64,000 nucleotides of DNA from Pseudomonadota bacterium (GTDB lineage: Bacteria > Pseudomonadota > Alphaproteobacteria > JACQOE01), in NCBI GenBank assembly GCA_016202695.1, contig JACQOE010000048.1:18292-82291 (forward strand), read 5' to 3'. The translations under genes were made by a program, and so were the position numbers. Numbering within the stretch: position 1 is the first letter of the stretch; every line of letters begins with the position of its first letter. Under the pieces are notes generated by a model, which was given only the letters and a program-made list of their open reading frames with translations, was not told where the DNA came from and searched no databases. This document shows positions 19,695-27,543 of the stretch, piece after piece.

Positions 19695-20381
19695 TCAGAT
19701 CACCTCGTCGTCGTGGGAGGTGGTCTCGCCGTAGCGGCGGAGCGACGGCGCCTTAAGGCCCTCGTAGAGCCTGTCGATCTGGGCCGCGGTCTCGCGGTTG
19801 GCCCGCTCGAAGAGGCTGTTTCCGGCGAGGTCGGAATCGACCAGGAGCGGCCCGAAGTTCTCCACCTCGAACACCCACATGGCCTGGGCGATGCCCAGCT
19901 CCTCGAGCCAGTAGACGTTCCGCACCCGCTTGATGCCGCGCCCCAGGAGCGCGCCGGTGCCGTAGCCGACGGTGGTGAGGTAGACCGCGCGGTTGGGCAC
20001 GAAGTAGGTGCGGTAGTCGTCCTCCGACATGCCGCCCTTGCCGATGATCGCCTTCACCCCCGAGAGGCGGAACCAGTCCGCCATCCACTTCGAGAAGCGG
20101 AAGCTGGCGGTGGCGGTGACCGCGCCCACCTGGCAGGTGCCGTCCGCGCCCACGCTCGCCGCCGGCGAGCAGTGGAAGTTGACGTTGGAGAGCGTGCTGA
20201 GCTCGACCGGGGGCGCGACCTTGTCCTGAAGGAGGCGCTTATAGAGCCCCTCGCGGCCGGTGTAGATCACCCCGTCGAGATAGACGACGGTGCCGACCTC
20301 GAGGCGGGCGAGGTCGTCATCCACGACCGGGACCTTGAGCCTGACCTGCTTCAAGGCGCGTCCGCTCGGCGCTTGGCTCAT
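19695..20381 (-). CDS. Fe-S hydro-lyase (class I fumarase/tartrate dehydratase type), beta subunit, divergent
   Basis: L.VG..VYLDG.IYTGR, IIGKGGM, WLEELG, V.NFGPL.V.D..GNS. Confidence 0.85.
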   Translation of the reverse strand: MSQAPSGRALKQVRLKVPVVDDDLARLEVGTVVYLDGVIYTGREGLYKRLLQDKVAPPVELSTLSNVNFHCSPAASVGADGTCQVGAVTATASFRFSKWMADWFRLSGVKAIIGKGGMSEDDYRTYFVPNRAVYLTTVGYGTGALLGRGIKRVRNVYWLEELGIAQAMWVFEVENFGPLLVDSDLAGNSLFERANRETAAQIDRLYEGLKAPSLRRYGETTSHDDEVI

Positions 20382-21309
20382 AATCCAGTCCTTCCCTGCG
20401 CATGTAGGGCGTGAACCATCTGGGGTCGGTGCGGTACTCGATCCGCCCGTCGCCGTGCACCCGCGCCACCGCGCGCCGCGACGAGAGGCAGAACGAGTGC
20501 ACGCTCATCGGCATGCCGCCGGTATGGGTGTAGGCGACCTCGACATGGCAATCGACCACCATCGAGCGGCCGACGAATCCCATCGGGCCCATGCCGATGT
20601 TGTTGCCCAGCTCCTTCAGCTCCTCCTCGAGCCGGGCGACGTCGGGGTCCGGGTGGCGCTCGCCGACCACGCGCAGGCACGCCGCCTGCTTGCCCAGCGT
20701 CATCGCCGCGTCCTTGCTGCCGCCGAGCCCGATGCCGACGATCGCCGGCTGGCAGGCGAGCCCGCGGCGGCCGAACTGCACCATGACGTCGAGGAAGAAA
20801 CGCTTGATGCCGTCGATCCCGTCGGCGGGGAAGAGCATGCGGTAGTCGGTGCCGAAGAGGCCGCCCTTGTGCACGGTGGTGAGGTCCACCCAGTCGGCGT
20901 CGGGCTCGAAGGAGTACTCGATCTCGGGCGCGAGGATGCCGACGTTGTTGTTGTTGTCCTTGCGACTGAGCGGATGCACCCGGTTCGGCCGGAGCGGCAC
21001 CTCGCGGGTGGCGCGGGCGGTGGCCCGCCGGAGCGCCCCTTCCAGCGCAACGAAGCCGCCTTCCAGGCGGGCCTCGTTGCCGACCTTGACGTAGTAACGG
21101 GGCAGCCCGGTGTCGGCGCACATCGCCCGCCGGTCGGCCTCGGCCGCCTCCCAGTTCTCGACCATGGCGGCGAGGACGAAGCGGCTGAGCTCGTTGGTCT
21201 CGCTCTGCAGCATGGCCTTGATCCCGGTCTTGTAGTCTTCGGGGATCTCGATCGCCGCGCGGCACATGATCTCGTAGGCCGCGGTCTCTATCGCCTGGTT
21301 ACGGATCAC
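20317..21309 (-). CDS. Fe-S hydro-lyase (class I fumarase/tartrate dehydratase type), alpha subunit, divergent
   Basis: MCADTG, PLRPN.VHP, ACQP.IVGIGLGG, GMGPMGF.G, C...RR; 65-nt overlap with the beta subunit. Confidence 0.85.
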   Translation of the reverse strand: MIRNQAIETAAYEIMCRAAIEIPEDYKTGIKAMLQSETNELSRFVLAAMVENWEAAEADRRAMCADTGLPRYYVKVGNEARLEGGFVALEGALRRATARATREVPLRPNRVHPLSRKDNNNNVGILAPEIEYSFEPDADWVDLTTVHKGGLFGTDYRMLFPADGIDGIKRFFLDVMVQFGRRGLACQPAIVGIGLGGSKDAAMTLGKQAACLRVVGERHPDPDVARLEEELKELGNNIGMGPMGFVGRSMVVDCHVEVAYTHTGGMPMSVHSFCLSSRRAVARVHGDGRIEYRTDPRWFTPYMRREGLDYEPSAERTRLEAGQAQGPGRG

Positions 21310-21330
21310 GGCGGCTCTCCTTCCTCGCGG

Positions 21331-23085
21331 TCACGATGCGGCTGCGGCGCGGGGCACGCCGGCGCCGGCGACCAGGGTCTCGCCCGGGCGCACGCGGGTG
21401 AAGGCGACCGGCTGGGCCTCGACCTCGATCCGCCCGTCGCGCAAGGATACGACCGTATAGGCGGAGGTCGCGAGGTCGCCCGGCTGGGGGAAATCCTCGC
21501 GGTAGTGGGCGCCGCGCGAGTTCTCGCGCGCCAGCGCGGCGGTAGCGATGGCCCGGCTCACCAGGATCAGGCTCTCGAGGTTGAGCCAGTCATGCCAAGT
21601 GAGGTTGAAGGCACGCTCCGCCTCGGCGACGCCGGTCCGCCCCAGTTCCTCGGCCAGGCCGTCGAGCCGGGCGAGCGCGCGCCTGATCCCGGCGGCGGTG
21701 CGCGAGATGCCGACCTCCTCCCACATCAGCTCGGCGAGGCGGTCGCGGAGCGCGTTGGCGTCGCCCGCGGGGCGGCGGAAGGGGACGAGGCAGCGCTCGA
21801 TGGTCTCGTCGATCACGGTCTCGTCCGGGTCCCTGATCCGGCCCTCTCTCGCCACCCACGGCGCCATCACGTCGCCGGCGATGCCGCCGAAGACGGTGGA
21901 GTTCGCCACCCCGTTGCCGCCGAGGCGGTTGGCGCCATGCACCCCGCCGGTGTCCTCGCCGGCGGCGAAGAGCCCGGGCACGGCGGTGGAGGTATCGGCC
22001 GCGAAAATCACGCCTCCCATCATGTAGTGGGCGGTGGGCACCACCTCAACCAGCCCGCCGGCAAGGTCGAAGCCGCAGTCGGCGCAGCGATCGACCATGC
22101 CCTTGAACAGGCGGCGCACGGTCTCGGGGCCGAGGTGCCCCATCTGCACGTAGAGCCCGCCGTTGGGAGTGACGTTGCCGCGGCGCATCTCCTCGAACAT
22201 GGCCCGCGAGACGATGTCGCGTGTGGCGCGCTCGCCGCGGGAGTCGTAGCGGTGCATGAAGCGCTCCCGGTCGCCGCCGAGCAGGTAGCCGCCGGCGCCG
22301 CGCAGGCCCTCCTCGAGCACGGTCCCGGTCATCCGGGTCTCGGGGCCGGCGAGGAGCCCGGTGGGGTGGAACTGCACCATCTCCATGTCGCGCAGCCCAA
22401 GCCCGAGTCGGAGCGCCATGGCCATGCCGTCGCAGGTCTTCTCGCCCGAGGGGGTGTGGTAGCGGTACATGGTCGGCCCGCCGCCGGTCGCCAGCAGCAC
22501 CGCCTTGGCCTGGATCAGGCGGAAGGCCCCGCTCCGCATGTCGATCATCAGTACCCCGGCGATCCCCGAGCGGTCCGCCGCCGGCACCAGGGCGACCGCC
22601 CGGTGCTCCTCGAGCCGGCCGATCCGCCGCGCCCACACCTGCTCGGCGAGTCGGCCGATGATCTCGATCCCGGTGAGATCCCCCTTATGGACCGTGCGGT
22701 CGAAACTCTGGCCGGCGAAAGCCTTCTGGTGGATGGTGCCGTCGGGGTTGCGGTCGAAGAAGCAGCCGATCTCGTTCTCGAGCTCGAGGACGCGCTCGAC
22801 CGCACCGACGACGAGGATCCAGGCCAACTCCTGGTGGTTGAGCCAGCTCCCACCCTGGATCGTATCCATGAAGTGGCGCTCGACCGAATCCTCGGGCGAA
22901 AGGGCGACGTTGTAGCCCCCCTGCACCATGCGCGTGCAGCCGCACTTGCCGAGGAGCCCCTTGACCGCGACGGTGATGTCGAGCGCGGGGGCGGCCTTGT
23001 GGGCATGGAGCGCGGCAAACAGGCCGGCGCCCCCCGATCCGAGGATCAGGACGTCGGTCGCGAGGCGCTCGATCGCGGCGGCCAT
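21331..23085 (-). CDS. succinate dehydrogenase/fumarate reductase-like flavoprotein, divergent
   Basis: GSGGAG, QGG, QFHPT, TRDIVSR, HYMMGG, HGANRLGGN, ENSRGAHYRED. Confidence 0.9.
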   Translation of the reverse strand: MAAAIERLATDVLILGSGGAGLFAALHAHKAAPALDITVAVKGLLGKCGCTRMVQGGYNVALSPEDSVERHFMDTIQGGSWLNHQELAWILVVGAVERVLELENEIGCFFDRNPDGTIHQKAFAGQSFDRTVHKGDLTGIEIIGRLAEQVWARRIGRLEEHRAVALVPAADRSGIAGVLMIDMRSGAFRLIQAKAVLLATGGGPTMYRYHTPSGEKTCDGMAMALRLGLGLRDMEMVQFHPTGLLAGPETRMTGTVLEEGLRGAGGYLLGGDRERFMHRYDSRGERATRDIVSRAMFEEMRRGNVTPNGGLYVQMGHLGPETVRRLFKGMVDRCADCGFDLAGGLVEVVPTAHYMMGGVIFAADTSTAVPGLFAAGEDTGGVHGANRLGGNGVANSTVFGGIAGDVMAPWVAREGRIRDPDETVIDETIERCLVPFRRPAGDANALRDRLAELMWEEVGISRTAAGIRRALARLDGLAEELGRTGVAEAERAFNLTWHDWLNLESLILVSRAIATAALARENSRGAHYREDFPQPGDLATSAYTVVSLRDGRIEVEAQPVAFTRVRPGETLVAGAGVPRAAAAS

Positions 23086-23089
23086 GGGT

Positions 23090-23437
23090 TTAAAGAGCGT
23101 TGAGGAGGAAGAGGAGGGCGGCGAAGGCCGAGAACCCGCCGGCCAGCGCGAGCAGCGTCTTCTGCCGGTCGGTCCAGGGCAGGAACTCGATGGCGAGCAG
23201 CCTCAGGCCCCCGGCGAGGTGGGCGGCGAGGAGGAGCGCGAGCCCGGCCTCGGCGAGCTTGACCGGTGCCGCCTCGGTCCAGCGGAGGAACGAGTCGAGG
23301 GCCGCCTCGCCCTCGATCGCCAGCCCGAGCACGTAGAGGTGCGCCGGCAGGAAGAGGGCGAGAAGGAGGCCCGACACCCGATGCACGACGAAGGCGCCGT
23401 AGCCGGGATGGTTGCGCCAGCGCGCGGGCCCGCTCAT
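23090..23437 (-). CDS. SdhC-like cytochrome b membrane subunit
   Basis: HRVSG...FLPAHL...HLAGGLRLL; three TM segments; ATG 23437 overlaps the upstream stop. Confidence 0.82.
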   Translation of the reverse strand: MSGPARWRNHPGYGAFVVHRVSGLLLALFLPAHLYVLGLAIEGEAALDSFLRWTEAAPVKLAEAGLALLLAAHLAGGLRLLAIEFLPWTDRQKTLLALAGGFSAFAALLFLLNAL

Positions 23438-23802
23438 GCGAGCGCCCCCACCGCCCGGAAGCCGAGCGCGAGGCAGGCGAGCGCGAAGGCCACCGCCGCC
23501 GCGTCCAGGCTCGCGCCCCGCCACGGCGTCATCTCGCGCACGATCGTGCGCAGCCCGATCGCCCCATGCACCGAGGCCGCCGCCACGAACAGGGCGTAGA
23601 GCAGGGGCCACGCCACGCTCGCCCGCGTGCGGGCCAGGATCTCGGCCGCGCTCAGGCCCCCCTGGATGGCGTAGATCATGGTCGCGAGGTGGACCAGTAC
23701 GAGCGGAGCGAGCAGGGCCGCGCTCGCCCGCTGAAGCACGAACAGCCACAGCTCGCGCCGGCCGCCGACGACGGCCCCACCCTGCACCCGCGCGTCCATC
23801 AT
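23434..23802 (-). CDS. SdhD-like membrane anchor subunit
   Basis: WLFVLQRASA..LAPLVLVHL...HGAIGLRTIVRE; GAGGAGG RBS. Confidence 0.82.
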   Translation of the reverse strand: MMDARVQGGAVVGGRRELWLFVLQRASAALLAPLVLVHLATMIYAIQGGLSAAEILARTRASVAWPLLYALFVAAASVHGAIGLRTIVREMTPWRGASLDAAAVAFALACLALGFRAVGALA

Positions 23803-23944
23803 GCCTCCTCTCGGCCCTGCCGGGCCCCCGTCATCCCGCCCTCGGCCTCGATCACGGTCGTCAGGATGGAGGGGAAGGCCGCCGGGATCAAGAGATTGGG
23901 TGGGACGGCGAGGACGCCGCCGCGAGGGCGGCCGCGCGTCCGGC

Positions 23945-24679
23945 TCAGAGCCGGCCGGCGAGGAGGGCGAGCGCGCTCGCCCGCTTGAGGCCGGCGATCG
24001 AGGCGGTGGGGTTGAGGCCCTTGGGGCAGAAGGTGGCGCAGGACTGATGGCTGTGGCAGGCGTGGCAGCCGGCATCGCCGGCCACCGCGGCGAGGTGGGC
24101 CCGCCGGTCGGCGTCGCGCGCGTCGTTGACCAGCGTCCACGCCCGGTTGAGCGCCGCCGGGCCGAGATAGTCGGGCTGCCAGGCGACGACGTCGCAGGCC
24201 GCATGGCAGACGCCGCAGCCGATGCATTCGATCGCCGCGTCGGCCGCCGCGCGCTCGGGATCGGCCGGCGGGATGCGGGCCGTCGCCGCCGCCCGGGGCG
24301 AGGAGGGGAGGAAGCGGGCCTCGGCCTCCCGCCACTTGTCGAAGAAGGGCGTCATGTCGGCGGCGAGGTCCTTGATGACGGGAAGGTTGCGGAGCGGCGC
24401 GAGCCGGAGCCGCCGGTCCTTCGCCACCCGGGCGACATGGGTGCGGCAGGTCCAGCGGGGGGCGCCGTTCACCATCATCGCGCACGAGCCGCACATGCCG
24501 ACCCGGCAGGCGAAGCGGTAGGAGAGGGTGGGATCGATCCGCCGCTGGACGTAGGTCACCACGTCGAGGACGGTCTGGCTCGGGCGGAGCGGCACGCGGT
24601 AGGTCTGGAAGCGCCCCTCCGCCCTTCCCCGCCACACCTCGACCGAAAGCTCCGGCCCATTGGCCCGCGGCTCGCTCAC
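23945..24679 (-). CDS. SdhB/FrdB-like iron-sulfur subunit
   Basis: CRVGMCGSC, CIGCGVC...C, CHSHQSC...CP; AAGGAGG RBS. Confidence 0.92.
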   Translation of the reverse strand: MSEPRANGPELSVEVWRGRAEGRFQTYRVPLRPSQTVLDVVTYVQRRIDPTLSYRFACRVGMCGSCAMMVNGAPRWTCRTHVARVAKDRRLRLAPLRNLPVIKDLAADMTPFFDKWREAEARFLPSSPRAAATARIPPADPERAAADAAIECIGCGVCHAACDVVAWQPDYLGPAALNRAWTLVNDARDADRRAHLAAVAGDAGCHACHSHQSCATFCPKGLNPTASIAGLKRASALALLAGRL

Positions 24680-24714
24680 CGGATGCTGCCTCCTTGTTCG
24701 CGCCGACGGCGCCG

Positions 24715-24745
24715 ATTATAGGCGGTCGGACGCAGGGCCTGCCAA
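24715..24745 (-). promoter_or_regulatory. putative sigma70 promoter of the SDH-like/hydro-lyase operon
   Basis: Perfect TATAAT on the minus strand at 24720-24715; TTGGCA upstream with a long 19-nt spacer. Confidence 0.45.
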
Positions 24746-24811
24746 GAGCGCCGCACGCCGGCACTCGCCGATCAGGCGCTTGCGCCGCCCGACCCTAAGT
24801 CGGCCACGGGG

Positions 24812-25591
24812 TCAGCGCCCGACGAATCGCGGCTTTTCCTTGTTGAGAAAGGCGGTGTAGCCGATCCGGTAGTCCTCGGTCTCGAAGGCGCCGTGCTCCT
24901 CGTCCATCTCCGTTCGGCTGAGGGGGCGGGGATCGGCCAGGCGGTGGATCGCCTTCTTGTGGTACCAGTTCGCAAGCGGCGCGCCGGCGGCGACCTCGTC
25001 GGCGAAGGCCATCGTCTCGGCCGCCAGCGTCTCGTCCGGATAGACGCGATTGACGAGCCCGATCCGCCGCGCCTCGGCGGCGTCGATGGCGTGGCCGCCG
25101 AGCATGAGCTCGAGGGCGTTGAAACGGCCGACGGCGGCGATCAGGGGCTCGAGCGAGTCGTAGGAGTAGTAGTTCGAGAGCCGGTTCGCGGGGATGCCGA
25201 AGCGGCTGGAGGCGGCGGCGAAGCGGATGTCGCAGGCCAGCGCCCACGAGCAGCCCCCGCCCATGCAGAAGCCGCGGATCATGGCGATGGTGGGATGCCG
25301 GCAGGCGCGGATCGCCTTCGGGACCAGGGCCGATTTCTCGTTGTAGGCGCGGGCGTTGGCGGCGTCGGTGCGCATCGCCGCGTACTCCTTGATGTCGGCC
25401 CCGGCGGTGAAGGCCCTGTCGCCGGCGCCCCTCAGCACCACGCAGCGCACCGTGCCGTCGGCCGAGAGCTCGGCGAAGGTCTCGGTCATGCGCGCGCACA
25501 TCGCGAGGTTGAAGGCGTTGCGCTTGTCGGGCCGGTTCAGGATCACGGTGACGATCCCGCCCGCGCGCTCGACCAAGAGGATGTCGTCCAT
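24812..25591 (-). CDS. enoyl-CoA hydratase/isomerase family protein
   Basis: LNRPDKRNA, AFTAGADI, GFCMGGG, CDIR. Confidence 0.9.
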   Translation of the reverse strand: MDDILLVERAGGIVTVILNRPDKRNAFNLAMCARMTETFAELSADGTVRCVVLRGAGDRAFTAGADIKEYAAMRTDAANARAYNEKSALVPKAIRACRHPTIAMIRGFCMGGGCSWALACDIRFAAASSRFGIPANRLSNYYSYDSLEPLIAAVGRFNALELMLGGHAIDAAEARRIGLVNRVYPDETLAAETMAFADEVAAGAPLANWYHKKAIHRLADPRPLSRTEMDEEHGAFETEDYRIGYTAFLNKEKPRFVGR

Positions 25592-25772
25592 CGCGTTGCT
25601 TCCCTTTCCTTCGCCGCGTCGGCCCCGGCCGGGGCCCGGACGGGCGCCAGTGTGCCCCGGCGGACGGGGCGACGCAAATGCGCCGGGGGCCGCCGCTTCG
25701 GGCCGTTGCCTTCGCCGCGCCCTGCCCCCAGAATGCCGGCCGGCACCGCGAACGGCAGGGGAGAACGAGGGA

Positions 25773-26111
25773 ATGGCCGCCAGGGACAGCCGCTACGTCT
25801 TCCGGGCAAGCGAGGTTTCGTTCCGCCAGGCGAAGCCCGGCCTCAACGTCAAGGAAGGCCGCATGCTCGGGGGCATGACCGTCCGCCTCCAGGAGCGCCA
25901 TCCCGGGCGCCGCGACCCCGCCGCACCCTGGTGCGAGACCGGCCACACCGCCTATGTCCTCAAGGGGCGGATCGGGTACGAGTTCGCCGACCACGAGGCC
26001 GAGGCCGGGCCCGGCGACATGGTCCACATCCCGGCCGGCCACGCCCACCGGCACCGCCCCTTCGTGGCGGGGAACGAGCCCGTCCTCTACTTCATCACCG
26101 AGTTCGAGTGA
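25773..26111 (+). CDS. cupin domain protein
   Basis: GAGGGA RBS; WCETGH.AYVLKG and GD.VHIPAG..H.H cupin motifs. Confidence 0.8.
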   Translation: MAARDSRYVFRASEVSFRQAKPGLNVKEGRMLGGMTVRLQERHPGRRDPAAPWCETGHTAYVLKGRIGYEFADHEAEAGPGDMVHIPAGHAHRHRPFVAGNEPVLYFITEFE

Positions 26112-26352
26112 GCCCCGGCCGGCCTCCCGCCGCTGGGACGGGCCTCCCATATCCGCACAACCCGCACCGGGTACGGCGGGAAATTTGCGGCGGAGATAGG
26201 AATATAGGCTTATTTCGAGGCTCGTGAGCGACGCGCGGCCGCGCCGGACCGGGGCCGCGAACCGATGGCCGGGCCGCGGGCCCGCCGCGCCGCTTGCGCC
26301 AACAATATACACCGTTTCAAAGAACTGCACCGTATTGGTACATGATACCGGC

Positions 26353-26384
26353 GCGGATGTCAAGGGAAGCGGATGTCAAGGGAA
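26353..26384. repeat. 16-bp tandem duplication GCGGATGTCAAGGGAA x2, duplicating a minus-strand TTGACA
   Basis: Exact copies at 26353-26368 and 26369-26384. Confidence 0.85.
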
Positions 26385-26637
26385 AAGGGGGCGGGGAGGC
26401 CGGGGACGCCGGGCTCCGAGGATCCGGGGGCGGGTCCGAGGCGGCCGACAGATGATCGGCGGGGATCGGGGGACCGCGGCCACAAGCCACTGGACAAAGA
26501 ACACAGCCATAAACCCTCCTCGACCGATCTTGTTGTTGATGTTCCGCTCCGTCTCGTGAATCCCCATCTCCTCTAGCCGCTAGGCTAGGTGCGCTTGCTA
26601 CCTAATACCGGAAAAACGTGGATGCTCGGCCTCTGCC

Positions 26638-26851
26638 ACGGCTGTCCGGCTCAAGGAATGCGGTTGCGGAAATACTTACGACATCGACCATTAATTGTCA
26701 TGCCCGCACTTGTTGCGGGCATCCACGTCCATCCGCGCGCTGCCTGATCGTGGAAAGGCGTGGATGCGCGGATCAGGTCCGCGCATGACGGCCTTGTTAT
26801 TGCCCACGGAACACCCTCTTCCCGACGATTTCGATTGAACCGGACAGCGGT
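26638..26851. mobile_element. 214-bp non-autonomous element (MITE) inserted into a REP-like hairpin
   Basis: TIRs ACGGCTGTCCGGCTCAA and TTGAACCGGACAGCGGT (15/17); flanking direct repeat GGCCTCTGCC at 26628-26637 and 26852-26861. Confidence 0.75.
26697..26789. repeat. REP-like inverted doublet (GTCATG...CATGAC type)
   Basis: GTCATGCCCGCA-CTTGT-TGCGGGCATCCACG ... CGTGGATGCGCGGA-TCAGG-TCCGCGCATGAC. Confidence 0.8.
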
Positions 26852-26945
26852 GGCCTCTGCCGAGCATGACGAGCGGAGCGAACGAGTCTCAACCGGGCCG
26901 CCGGGGGCCGGGGATGAGACTGGCGAGCCCGTTGTTCCTCACCCC

Positions 26946-27065
26946 GTCATGCCGGATGCGATGCAGCACTTGAATGCTGCATCGCCGGTTCGGCATCCCG
27001 GCGAGGCGGTACGGGATTCCGTATCTGCGCCGCACCACTTCGTGTTGCGGCGCGCACGGAATGAC
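26946..27065. repeat. second REP-like palindromic element (GTCAT...ATGAC ends)
   Basis: Internal hairpins GCGATGCAGCA/TGCTGCATCGC and GCGCCGCA/TGCGGCGC. Confidence 0.65.
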
Positions 27066-27230
27066 GCGTCAATCAAAAGACGCTTCTCTGTGTCAATCGC
27101 CCGCCCGCCACCTCCGGTGCTTCCGGGGCCCCTCCCTCCCGTCGGAGCCCGAGGGCGGCCCGCGCCGGGGATTGCGTCGCCGCCTTCGCCGTGGCGGTCG
27201 CCGCCTTCCCCGTGGTATAAGGGAGGCCGT

Positions 27231-27318
27231 CGCGGGGCCGGCAGCCGCCCCGCCCTTCCAAGACGGTCACCCGTCCAAGCGCTGCCGGACTTGCCGTGCC
27301 CGGCAAGGGGGTGGCCGT
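27231..27318 (+). ncRNA. candidate structured cis-regulatory leader RNA (riboswitch-like, family not recognised)
   Basis: Follows TGGTATAAG (-10-like); hairpin GCGGGGC/GCCCCGC, then a three-way junction ACGGTCACCC/GGGTGGCCGT enclosing GTCC/GGAC and TTGCCG/CGGCAA; complementary loops GGCAGC:GCTGCC. Confidence 0.4.
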
Positions 27319-27448
27319 TCATGCGCGTCCCTGCGAGCGATCCGTTTCCGGCCCCGGCGCCCCGGCCCCGCCGCCGCGCCCGCCTCCCGCTTGCCGATCC
27401 GTCCCCCCCGGGGCCCGCATCCGGCCCCGAGCCCAAGGAGGCATCGCC

Positions 27449-27541
27449 ATGTTCACGTCGATCGATGACGTCCGCGCCGACATCGTCCGCACGGTCGGGC
27501 GGCTCGCGGCCGCCGCGGCGGTCACGGCGCCGGAGGAGTGA
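27449..27541 (+). CDS. 30-aa small ORF (leader peptide or internally deleted gene remnant)
   Basis: AAGGAGG RBS, MFTSIDDVRADIVRTVGRLAAAAAVTAPEE; its stop abuts the MFS start. Confidence 0.5.
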   Translation: MFTSIDDVRADIVRTVGRLAAAAAVTAPEE

Positions 27542-27543
27542 CC

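Noticed and set aside
20317-20381. 65-nt overlap of hydro-lyase alpha and beta genes as a possible frameshift or fusion
   Set aside because: Both ORFs are complete, the beta gene has its own RBS-like GAAGGA, and I saw no slippery sequence; a C-terminal run-on is simpler
23803-23944. Spacer between the SdhB-like and SdhD-like genes reading VLAVPPNLLIPAAFPSILTTVIE on the minus strand, like a permease C-terminus
   Set aside because: Too short, with no start; cannot be separated from chance without a search
26112-27448. tRNA, tmRNA or integrase attachment site in the long intergenic region
   Set aside because: No cloverleaf with a T-loop and CCA end was found, and no integrase is present; the structure is explained by REP/MITE elements and promoters
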